Assembly (NCBI GenBank): GCA_050230475.1
Contig: JBFLGF010000063.1
Coordinates: forward strand, 62,001 to 98,627
Source: Ancylonema sp.
Taxonomy: Eukaryota
Reading direction: 5' to 3'
Length of the DNA stretch: 36,627 nucleotides
Below the pieces are notes generated by a model. It ran no database searches. It saw nothing but the letters and a program-made list of their open reading frames with translations, and was not told the DNA's origin. The position numbers and the translations under genes are program-made. This document shows positions 20,816 through 30,759 of this stretch, piece after piece. How positions within the stretch are numbered: position 1 is the stretch's first letter; every line of letters begins with the position of its first letter.

Positions 20816-23800
20816 TCACTGCATGTCTTCAAAATCTTTAACGCATTTTCCGAGAGCCTGCACCCCCAGCCCACAACCCCCGACCTTAAGAAAACGCGGC
20901 ACAACTCCCCCTCACCCCCCTCCGCCACTCTTTACCTCCAATTCCGTGTGCAGAATCTTCACAACCCGACTCAAGCGCCGAATCCTCTGCAACCACTCCC
21001 CCCATATCACTATCCACCTCGCCGACAGTTGCCTCTGCGAAAGTATTGTCCCCTCTTTACCTCTTTGCTTTCCTTCCACACAGCAATCACTTCTTCATGT
21101 TTGCGTCTCGCCACCTCGTCGGACTCCGCACACCTTTCCTCGTTCCCCAAGTCCGTCAAATCGCTCCTGTACGCGTCCATGAGCATATTCACTTTCTTAT
21201 AAACAGCGTGGCGCCGCCCGTAGTGATCACGAAACTTCATCAGCCTGCGTTTCCCACAACCCTCCCCCCCCATAAGCACAGCCCCGTCCTCCCAATCTGC
21301 GGCTGTATGAGCTCCCAAGTGTCCTCACTCCTTCTCCGTTTGCACCACCCCAAATCTGTCCGCCTCCTTCTTATCATACGCCTCCCACTCCTCACTCTTC
21401 CCCCTGGTCCCCCCAGATCTCCCAGATACGGGCTGGGGAGGTTTTTTGACAGCCACTCGCTCCACTCTGTTGACTGTTGAGGGGGGTGGAGGAGGAGGCA
21501 GCGTAGGAGGAAGGGGAAGAGTAACACGAAGAGGGGAAGTATGCTCTGCTGCTTCTCTCTGCTCCTGTTCGCCACTTGGTTGCTTTGGGGAAATTCTTTT
21601 CAACTCCCCTACCCCCACCACACCCTTCTCCTCCACACCTCCCCCCTGGTCCTTCACCTCCTGCTCTTTCTTGCCTGCCTCCCCGTGCTCCGTCTCCGTT
21701 TCTATTATAATGTCGTCGATCGGCTTCAATTTTTTTGACCCTCGTCTTTCAATTCCTTTCTTCCCCCTCTCCCTCTTGCCCCCCACCTGACCAACCGTCT
21801 TCTTTTTCCTTGCAGGCTCCTCCCCCTCGACCTCCACGTCTTTCTGTGACTCCATCTTTGTTCCCTGTGCCTCCTCTATTTCCATCTTTGTTCCCTGTGC
21901 CTCCTCTATTTCCATCTTTGCTCCCTGTGCCTCCTCTATTTCCATCTTTGTTCCCTGTGCCTCCTCTATGTCCATCTCCCCCTCCTCCTTCCCGTCCGCC
22001 CACTCCATCAACTGCTCTTCCACACTCGCATGCCCCATGGCACGCTCAGAAACAGCGACCTCTTGCTCTTCACCTCGCTCTTGCTCTTGCTCCTGCATTT
22101 GTTCTTCTTCTTTCTCTTGTTCTTCTTCTTGCTCCTGCACATGTACTTGTACTTGTTCTTTCTCCTGTACTTGCTCTTGCTCTAGTTCTCTCACTTGCTC
22201 TCTCTCTTGTTCGTGTTGTTGTTCTTTCTCTTGCGCTTGTTCACCCTCTACCTGTTGCTTCTCCTTTTGCTCTAGCTCCTTGACCACCTTTCCCTCTGGC
22301 TCATCTACAACGTCTATCTCTATCAAGTCCTCCTCCTCCTCACTCGAGCTCTCCTCTCCCTCGCTTTCACTCTCACTTCCACTATCGCTGCTGCTTTCGC
22401 TCCCACTCTCGCTGCTCTCCCCCCCCTCCCCAGCCTCCACCCCAACCTCCCCTTCCGGCTCCTGCTTGCTAAGCCCCACCTTCATCTGCGCTTCCTCCGA
22501 CCCCTCTCCTTCCCTTGTCCCTCCCTTGGTCTCAGGGGACCCCCCAGCTGCCGCCACCCCCGCCTCTGGCGGGGGGGCTGCTTGATGTCCAAAATTTAAC
22601 TCTTCCATACTGTCAGGAGATGGGGCAGGGGCAGGGGCGGGGGCAGGGGCAGGGGCTGGGGCAGGGGGAGGGGTGGCAGCGGAGGCGGGGGCGGTTCCCT
22701 CCTGAATGCCACTCGACCCCAACGGCTGCGCCAAGGATCTGGGCACAGCTGGTACCCTTGCAGCGGGCTTTGTGCGCTCCTGGATGGGTGGCACTCGGGC
22801 CACGCCACCTATCCTGCTCTGCACATGGCTGGCCTTCTCCTTCACCAGCGACCGCGTCTTCTTTCCCCCTGTGCACCCAAACAGAGGATGAGGAACAAGA
22901 CGCATCTGGGCGGTTGGAGGGAAATACGGAGGGGAAGCACCTACCATCCACCCCTTTGCTGTTTGTACTCATAACCACCAACCTGAAACAACAAAGACCA
23001 CGTCCAAATCACGTACTGTTCGTGAAATTGGGTTCCAGATAGCACTGATGACCAGTGAAATAATGCGGATCATATATATGCTTCAAACCGCGGACTCACG
23101 TATTACGTGCATTCGGTGAAGTACAATCTCACTCAAAAGTGCCACACAAGCAGAGAACTGAGAACTGCAGACGCCCTTGGGTGGGTACCCAAATATTATT
23201 CTCATGAGTTCGGATAATGCCCTGTGAGAAGCAGGAACACACCGAGGGTGGAGTGTGGAATCCTCTTACTTCCTCGCTACTTTTGTTCTGTCCACCTCTT
23301 CGTTTCCCTTCCTGAGCTTTTTCTGGGAGTCATCCCGGCTGCTTTGCACGGTGAGCTTCTTGGCCACTGAGCCAAGTTGCACCAGCTTCCCCTCCCCGGT
23401 CTCCTCTCCACTGGCGGTCTCCGCGTAGCAGTCGCAGAAGTCATCGCGGGCTTCGATCCTGGAGCTGACCAGAAATTCACGATCACCAAACTTGATCACC
23501 TGTTGAAAAAAACATGCCGATTTAAGTGAGCTTATTTCTCTTCCTTTTTTTAACAAACCACTATCCCCAATTGTATTCATAAACTTTTGGCGAGTCAATT
23601 GGAGCCTGATTGGTGGCAGAATGTCACCTACCAATATCACAAGATAAAATACTTCTTCCTTCGTATTATCATTCCCTCGCACCATGATTGAACGACGCCG
23701 TTTGTGACAAATTCCCGCTACGAATGTATCATTTTCTGCGGGCTGAGGTGAGGAAAGCGGCACAGAAAATGAGATTACTCACACAATATTGCGCTGGCTG

Positions 23801-24100
23801 GGACGGATGAGCACTGAAACGTATTTGCAATTGCTCGGTTTTGTTTTCTCGAAGCAACGCCAGGAGGCTATCAGTCAACTTTAAAGTCGCCAGAAAGCGC
23901 TGTGGCCGAGAAGGAGACACCGGAAGAAGCTGGAAGGACTTCTCGCATTTCTCATTACCTGCCACTTTCCTCGACACGGCTGGTTTCGCAGGCCTTTTTA
24001 ATTCGAGGCCACTTGGCAGGGGGCGAGACGACGGAGCCTGTGTCGATCTGCCACGGCCCCTCGCGCCCCCCCTGCCACCTGCTTTCGCACCTCTATTCAT
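20816..24100 (-). CDS. Plant ELL-like protein (putative RNA polymerase II elongation factor, C-terminal Occludin_ELL domain; At3g21290-like), ~800 aa, 7 exons
   Basis: Exons 24100-23783, 23499-23270, 22982-22945, 22868-21329, 21244-21061, 20986-20936, 20857-20816. All introns GT-AG and phase-compatible; total 2403 nt. N-terminal VIKFGDREF...DFCDCY...GEGKLVQLGSVAKKLTVQ and C-terminal FRDHYGRRHAVYKKVN...RIRRLSRVVKILHTELEALGKCVKDF resemble the plant ELL family as I recall it. Extra introns inside the 1540-nt exon cannot be excluded. Confidence 0.8.
21851..21977. repeat. Coding 30-bp tandem repeat (4.2 copies; MEIEEAQGTK)
   Basis: TCCATCTTTGTTCCCTGTGCCTCCTCTATT at 21851, 21881, 21911 and 21941, nearly identical. 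Confidence 0.9.
22621..22668. repeat. Coding hexamer repeat (GGGGCA)n encoding a Pro-Ala run
   Basis: PPPAPAPAPAPAPAPS in the ELL-like reading frame. Confidence 0.8.
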
Positions 24101-24331
24101 ATGTCCGGCTTTTCAGAACCACGCCTACCAAATTCTCCCGGAAAAGGGTCTATTCTCAAGCTGGCCCTCTCACATGAACTAAGTAAGAAAGTTTGCGGTG
24201 AAACAATTGTAGTAGAAGTATGACGAACTCATACTCAGTATGCTCTCATACTCAGTTCCTGGTTCCGTGCTGAACCGCCTGATGAAGCTGGTCGTCCGCA
24301 GGCTGCGGACCGCAGCTCAAAATGATGACTA

Positions 24332-25564
24332 CAGTAAACCCTTGATATAGGGACACTTTTATAGACAGTGGAAAATAATGTCAATTTTATAGACAGTGGA
24401 AAATAATGTCACTAATGTTAGAAAGGCCTACTATATCGAATGCCAGGGGTGTCACTATACACTATACAGTGCTCCCTCGATATAACGACAAAAAAATATC
24501 CATAAAATTGTCGTTATATCGAGGTGTCGTCACACAACACCATGTCGTTATATAACGACATTTACTACTAGAATCTGAAATCTATGTCGTTGTATCGAGG
24601 GACTTTACGAATAAAGCAAAGTGAATAAGAAAATGTGTTTATTATGTGTTTCCTAGAGTGAGTTGCCTTGGCATGATTATTAAATTAAGCGTGTGTATTG
24701 ATATACGAGCTATACAAGTGCGTCATGATACCGATACATGCGGATGGACAAAATATACCACTAAGTTTTACGAGGAGAGTTGGGGAGGTATTAAGGTTGT
24801 TACAAAGCAACACCGGACACGCACATTCTATTGGACCTATATAGAATTCTACATAGAATTTGAGGTGCCGTTCTATATTTTTCTCGATTTCCATACATCG
24901 TTATCTGCGAGCAATAGCGTTATATACACAGTATAACGACATTCAGTAACAAATTTCTGAAATAATTTGTCATTATATAGAGTGTCGTTATGCTTATATC
25001 GAGGGCGATTTCATATTGATTTTAAAAAAGTTCAGTTCCAAAAAAATGATACCGAGGCTTTCGTTATATCAAGGGTCGTTATATCGAGGGAGCACTGTAC
25101 AGTGACATTTGATAGGGCTACATTGAGCCAATGTCACTATATCGAAGGAAGGTGAATTTTAGGTTAGTTTGTGCGACCAGATCGGGTGCGGAGAGGATTT
25201 TATTGAAGAAGGTAGGTTATCTATATGGCGTTTGTTTTAATATTCACTCGTTACAATAAAACCTTTTTGAAGTAATAATGTCAGGACATGTATAAAATAT
25301 TAATCCAGACAAGAAATAATAATTTATTAATTATTTTCTACTAAATTTGGGAGGTTATTAATTTTCACAACGTTACTTTAGACAAGTTTCACTCTATAGT
25401 GACATCTCAATAATAAAATCTGGGAAAATTTAGTCATGTGTGTCACTATAGCGATTATCACTATATCGAGTGGGTTTTTATATGGGATTAGAAAAAGGAC
25501 AGAAAAAATGTCACTATATCGTGATTTTCACTATATCGAGTGTCACTATATCACGGGTTTACTT
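24332..25564. mobile_element. pogo-type MITE (outer), interrupted by a second MITE
   Basis: TA|CAGTAAACCCTTGATATAG ... CTATATCACGGGTTTACTT|TA, an imperfect TIR with TA flanks. Multiple TGTCACTATATCG subterminal repeats and a 28-bp tandem duplication at 24357-24411. Confidence 0.8.
24467..25097. mobile_element. pogo-type MITE (inner, complete, 631 bp)
   Basis: Perfect 23-bp TIR CAGTGCTCCCTCGATATAACGAC. TA duplication at 24465-24466 and 25098-25099. Same family as 1-628. Confidence 0.9.
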
Positions 25565-25967
25565 TACAAAAATCCGTTATATTGAAATCCGTTATATCTG
25601 GTTCATGTTTCGGTTGGCGACGAACTGGCTCACGTTCGTCTATAGCGTCAATTTCGATGATGGACCATCATTTTAGGGCATGGTGACGGTGATGACGGCC
25701 TCCGAGTTACGCACCTCTCCGTTGCTTGGCTCGGTTCAGACTCATAAAAACTTGCGTAGTGATAACTCTCTCGTAGGTGAGAGGTAGGTACGAGTGAAGC
25801 GCCTCCGTCACATTTGTATTATTATCGTCTGCAAAGGAATACTTTTTTTACTGAACAGTAACCAAAGTTGCAATCTACGATACTTTGGACTGCATTCCCG
25901 CATAGAGGCCCGAGTCCGGAATTTGGAAGCGGACTCAGCATAAGAGGATTTTTTTCGCGCCTACGAA

Positions 25968-27020
25968 ATGGTGCGCTATCACTGCATCATACGTTATTCT
26001 GTCGTTCATGGCAGGCTCCCTTTCACACCTCCCCCCTCGACATGGATACGCGATTTCGCTCGTTGGTTGCAGTAGTCGTAATGACTGGTCCTCCACATGT
26101 ACATCTTCGTACCTGGAGTCTCATCACGTGCGATTTTTGATCGGGTTTCAGATCCACTTCGTTCTTCTGATCAGCAGACAAGGAAAAGTCCGATTGGCCA
26201 AGTGGTACTCGCCATACTCTCAAAAGGAGAGGACTAAGGTGATTATACCTCCACTGTGAAAGTGAAATCTAGAGGTTATTTTTCGATAGCGCATTTATAC
26301 ATCAGCATGTTAAGAACTTATAGAATGGCACCTGGCAGAGTCATGTTTTGGTGTAAGGTGCCTTGAAGTCAGTAGGGTGTCGCTGTACCAATATTACCAC
26401 GATAGCAACAAGGGACCTGACAGAGGTAAGAGATATCAACCTTGGGTTTCTTTTTTGCCATTGTAGGCTCTGCGTGAGCTCAGCGGCACCATCATTTCTC
26501 GTGGGGCCAAACTCTGCAATTTCATCGAGTGGAGGGGCCTTCGCGTGGTGTACAAGCGCTATGCCAGCCTCTACTTCTGCATGTGCGTAGACTTGGACGA
26601 CAACGAGCTTGATATTCTGGAGGTCATCCACCACTTTGTGGAGATACTCGACCGCTACTTCACCAACGTTTGTGAGCTGGACCTTATCTTCAATTTCCAT
26701 AAGGTACAGCAAGGAACACCGTGGGATTCTAGAGGAGAACGGCCTGGGTTGTGGGGCTAAGTGTGCTTCGGTATGTTTCAGGCTTACTACATTCTGGACG
26801 AGGTGTTGATATCGGGGGAGCTTCAAGAGTCCAGCAAAAAAGCTGTGGCTAGAGTTATCGCCGCTCAAGTAAGGGGGTTTGGACATTGGGTACAGCATTT
26901 GGACATCGTTGCATGTGTCTAACTGAGACTATTCTATTTGTGGGGCAGGACACCCTGGTGGAGACTGCCAAGGAACAGGCTGGATCAATCAGCACCATTA
27001 TCCAACAAGCCACCAAGTAA
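25968..27020 (+). CDS. AP1S: AP-1 adaptor complex sigma subunit (clathrin adaptor small chain), 161 aa, 5 exons
   Basis: Exons 25968-25970 (ATG only), 26152-26238, 26467-26703, 26782-26868, 26949-27020; all GT-AG. Protein [30 protein letters not shown]...[10 protein letters not shown]...[19 protein letters not shown]...[10 protein letters not shown] is typical of plant sigma-1. Confidence 0.96.
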
Positions 27021-27841
27021 CTGAACGAGGAAGCGTATCGCAGGGATAAGCGATGAAGAAACCTATTTACGAGACCATCCTGTTGACACAAGACTGGCGA
27101 CACAGTCAGCAAGCATGAATAGACAGATAAAGGGTGGGCATTTGGTACTTGATATCAAGCATTTTTTTTTGCACCTCCACACGCTATGCGATAAACATGC
27201 AAATAGGAGTCGAGTCAAGCAAATTTGTCATTTGTCTATCAAGCTTGTCAAAGCACACAAATCATCAGGATTGCTAACATTGTAGATTCTGCAGCGACCC
27301 TTTGTCTGGTTTCATGTATCAATGCGTACATTGATGTATGAGAAATAATGTCTATGCAAGTGTAGTGTACACTTGTTTAAGTTGTCATCTCTAAGGTTGC
27401 TTGGACGTTCATAGCAAGTATTGACCTCTAATTCATTTTAGGTTTAGGCGTAGAGACATGATTTCTTATTAAGGAAACTCCACATTACGTAGAACTTGCA
27501 GGTATTGGATGTCGACAAAAATGCCGAATGAGAAATTATGATTTTTGGTTGTCGAGTGATATGTGCACGAGCCTTCATGTAATGCCCATTAACCATGCGA
27601 TTCCTGATCCTTGGACAAGTATCAGATTTTTTGTCGCCAATTATGTTACTTCCACAAACCATTCATCGTTGTGATTTGTGTAATGTTTTTGTTCCGCAGG
27701 CGGAATGACATCTCTAGTGTCATTCAGCATTATGCATATTTGGTCTTCTAGAGGAAATCATATGTTTACGATGTTATATTTTGGAATTTGTTCAGAAATG
27801 TTGGACAAAAACTGCGGCAGAAGTTCAAGAGTCTATGGGTA

Positions 27842-29526
27842 TCATGTGTAGAGCAAAAAGCGTTGCCTTGAGGCTTCAAACCACACAACATCATCATGAG
27901 CTAGAGCCATAATCTCATCGGGGCCCGCATCTGTATCTATCCCCTCCCTCAACCTTGAATTGCCCCACAACTTGTCTACCCAATAGCTTCCATGCGACAA
28001 CTTCCAAACAAAGTCGTTTGGATAGAGGCCTTTTAGGATGCACAAAAGAGTGAGAGCCACATGGAGAGGGTCAATGCACGATGCTTCCACAATGTGTACC
28101 TGGACACCCGTCACCACCTTCCCTGAAAAACTCCCAGAGGTTGGGGTGAAATGGGCCTCCCGAAACAATACTCCCTCACACTTGGCACTCCTGGCTGCGT
28201 CCGCAAAGCGCAGGTCCACCCAAGGAGCCCCCACCATCTGGAAGGGGAGGGTCGTTCCACGGCCTTCACAACAATTGGTGCCCTCAAAAAGACACATCCC
28301 CGGGTAGAGCATTGCGGTGGAAGGGGAGGGCATGTTGGGCGACGGGGGCACCCACGCCCACCCCACCACCCCCCACTGCAATGAGCGCCGCCAGCCCTCA
28401 CACCGCACCACCCGCACCACTGCCTGCTCCCAAACAGGACCCAAAATCTCCTCAAACACCATGCCGAGGACAGGCAAGGCGGCAGGATTCTCCTCTCACC
28501 TCTGTCCCTGCTTCATCAGGGACCCCTTGGGCGTTGAAAAGGAGTGCCAGCTCCCCTATGGTGCAGCCGTGTCGAAGAGCGATAGGCTGCAGAACTCCAC
28601 AACGCCACATCAGCAGGCCCACAGGGCATGCGGACCCACCCCATTGCCCACCTTGCGCCCCACAAAGGACGCTAGGTCCGCACTCATGAGGGGCCCTGCC
28701 ACGGACTCTCCCCCCAAGGGGTTGGGGCGGTCCGCAACAACAACGGGAAGGGTGGGGGAGCACAGTGCAGCGGCCACAAGACAGTCGTACAGAGTCCAGA
28801 TGTAGGTGTAGAAGCGTGCCTGGACCCACAATTAGGTCTCAATGAGCACGACGAAAATTGCAGCGAACAGCGAGGTGCTTACTCCAACATCTTGAATGTC
28901 AAACAAGAGAAGTGTGATTCGACTGCGGCGGAAGATATCTCGCAAGGCCTTGCCTCTCTGCCACCACCACTCAATTGCCCGTAAGATGCCCGTCCTCGCC
29001 AACTTGCCGGTCAGCAAGAACGCCAAATGTACCGCTACCTTTTGGTAGATGTCAATGACAGGAACTTGAGTGCGAGCATCTAGGCCTGCTCGCACTCCAG
29101 CAGATCCCGCCTGCAATGAGTCCGGGCTGGCACGTGTGGGCATTCGCAGCCCATGCTCGCACTCGCGACTTACAGCGTGAGAAATGTCGTTACCTGCGCT
29201 CCTCCGCGGAAGCCATGCTCGGGCCCACAGATGGCGACGAGATTTACTCCCTCAGCTCTGTGAAGAGCATCCACCTGTCACGTCGCGCAAAAGACACGGT
29301 TTTAAAAATGGAACCTGGGGGAAGCTCCGCAAAAATCTTACCAGGTGCGTCATGTCCGCCAGCACTCCTGTGGCATTTGTGACAACGCCCACCTAGGACC
29401 CCAGACCCGCAATTTAGCCACCTTGCCAAACCATTTCTCCTCCCTGCCTGCTAGTACTCGCTTCGCCTGGAGACTCCGAAAGCCGTCTTGCGCCAGGACA
29501 TCGACACCAAATCGCACAGGCGGCAT
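27842..29526 (-). CDS. namZ: NamZ/YbbC-like exo-beta-N-acetylmuramidase (DUF1343, GH171), 394 aa, 8 exons
   Basis: Exons 29526-29458, 29392-29342, 29274-29194, 29110-29039, 28957-28883, 28819-28652, 28586-28500, 28423-27842. All introns GT-AG; 1185 nt with no internal stop. Family motifs in order: VRFGVDVL, VGVVTNATG, GPEHGFRG, FDIQDVGARFYTY, DRPNPLGG, RHGCTIGELA, WVPPSPNMP, EGTN..EGRGTT.PF..VGAPW, C-terminal FLLY. The true start may lie further upstream. Confidence 0.9.
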
Positions 29527-29874
29527 TCTACAAAAAGACGGTGCGTGAAGATGCAGCCTCAGGCCTCTCCTCCTGAACTGTTCGAAAAAAAAATTCGTGC
29601 AATTCCTGCTTCCAGAAATTTGAGAACAATATATTTAGAAAACAACGCCTACAAAAAGGAGTCCCCGAACTGCACACAGAAAAGAGTGGCCACTATTTCT
29701 AAACTGGAAAAAGCAATGGATGGATTTCCATCTACACGATCAGTCTCGATTTACATTTCTGCAATAAAGGAAGCAGGACCATGGAGAACCAGCGAGACCA
29801 GGGCCGACAGTTGCCTGGGTGCATCGGCCGCTTTGTAGAGTGAACGTTCAGTATACCGTCCCGGAAAATTGTTA

Positions 29875-29965
29875 CAGTCACACCTCGATATTGTGAACTC
29901 TCTCGGAATTGGAATCTGAATTTCTGCCGCGTTCTATTTCAATATCGAAGTATCCTCGATATAGT
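29875..29965. mobile_element. Possible single pogo-type transposon end
   Basis: TA|CAGTCACACCTCGATATTGTGAAC resembles the other pogo TIRs in the window. No matching right end found. Confidence 0.35.
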
Positions 29966-30639
29966 GTAGTAACTAGCGTTATCGTAACCTGAATTGACAA
30001 CAAGAAAAACAAAGAGGTATTTTATTAAAGCACGATGGTATCCCCATCTGAGTATAAGACTGACAAGAAGGTTTAAAATTAATTAATAAATGTGTTTTAC
30101 GCATGCTATGTACGCCATTTTTTTTATTTTTTTATTAATTTCTCAATATGTATTTGCGAGAAACTATCATCCGTTCGCCTACTAGACCCTTCAAGGACTT
30201 CGTGTCGGCAAACAAGTGTTGCTTGTGATACGTCACCAATGTACATTCTTGTGTTTGAAGGAGCCATAACAATAAGAGGAGGAGGAACTTGAGATGGACC
30301 ACGTGGAGGAGGTTGTAAAGTGTAACATTGCGAAGGCATGGGATTATGTTACCAAATTGAGAAAATTTTAGGTCGGCAGCCTACTCGGAAGGATGATTTG
30401 GTCTTGGATACTCAACGTGTGGTCAATGAGTTGTCCAAAATAGTGGTCTTTAAAACGACCAACTTTGCCCAAAGTCGACTAAACGATCGCTATCGTTCGC
30501 TTGTGTAGAACATATAGATCAAGTGCTTTAGTATGCAATGGCGTTGCAGCAACGCCGTGCATTTGTATATTTCGGTGGGGGGGGGTTGAAAATATAGAAG
30601 GGGGGGAACTCAGTGGCTTATTTAGTAAATTGTTGAACG

Positions 30640-30704
30640 ATCCGGATCGGGTCCGATCCGGTGCCGATCCGGATCGGGGACGGGATGGATCGGGCCCAAG
30701 TATG
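30640..30704 (-). mobile_element. Terminal fragment of the hAT-like MITE family seen at 3330-3566
   Basis: The reverse complement reads CATACTTGGGCCCGATCC...CCCCGATCCGGATCGG, matching the 3330 left end. Partner end not found. Confidence 0.55.
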
Positions 30705-30759
30705 TACGGATGCCTCCAAAGCCCCAGTACATTCAAACCTCAACACATAAACTTTGTCT

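Noticed and set aside
21851..21977. 30-bp repeats as a CRISPR array
   Set aside because: Head-to-tail with no spacers, in frame within a eukaryotic exon, and no cas genes nearby.
21735..23042. Long plus-strand Ser/Cys/Pro-rich ORFs (182, 205, 175 aa)
   Set aside because: Antisense translations of the low-complexity ELL-like exon.
26341..26898. 185-aa minus-strand ORF
   Set aside because: Antisense to AP1S exons 3-4 and runs through introns; no independent support.
27842..29526. NamZ gene as bacterial contamination
   Set aside because: Seven spliceosomal introns of host-typical size, and contiguity with AP1S and eukaryotic transposons.
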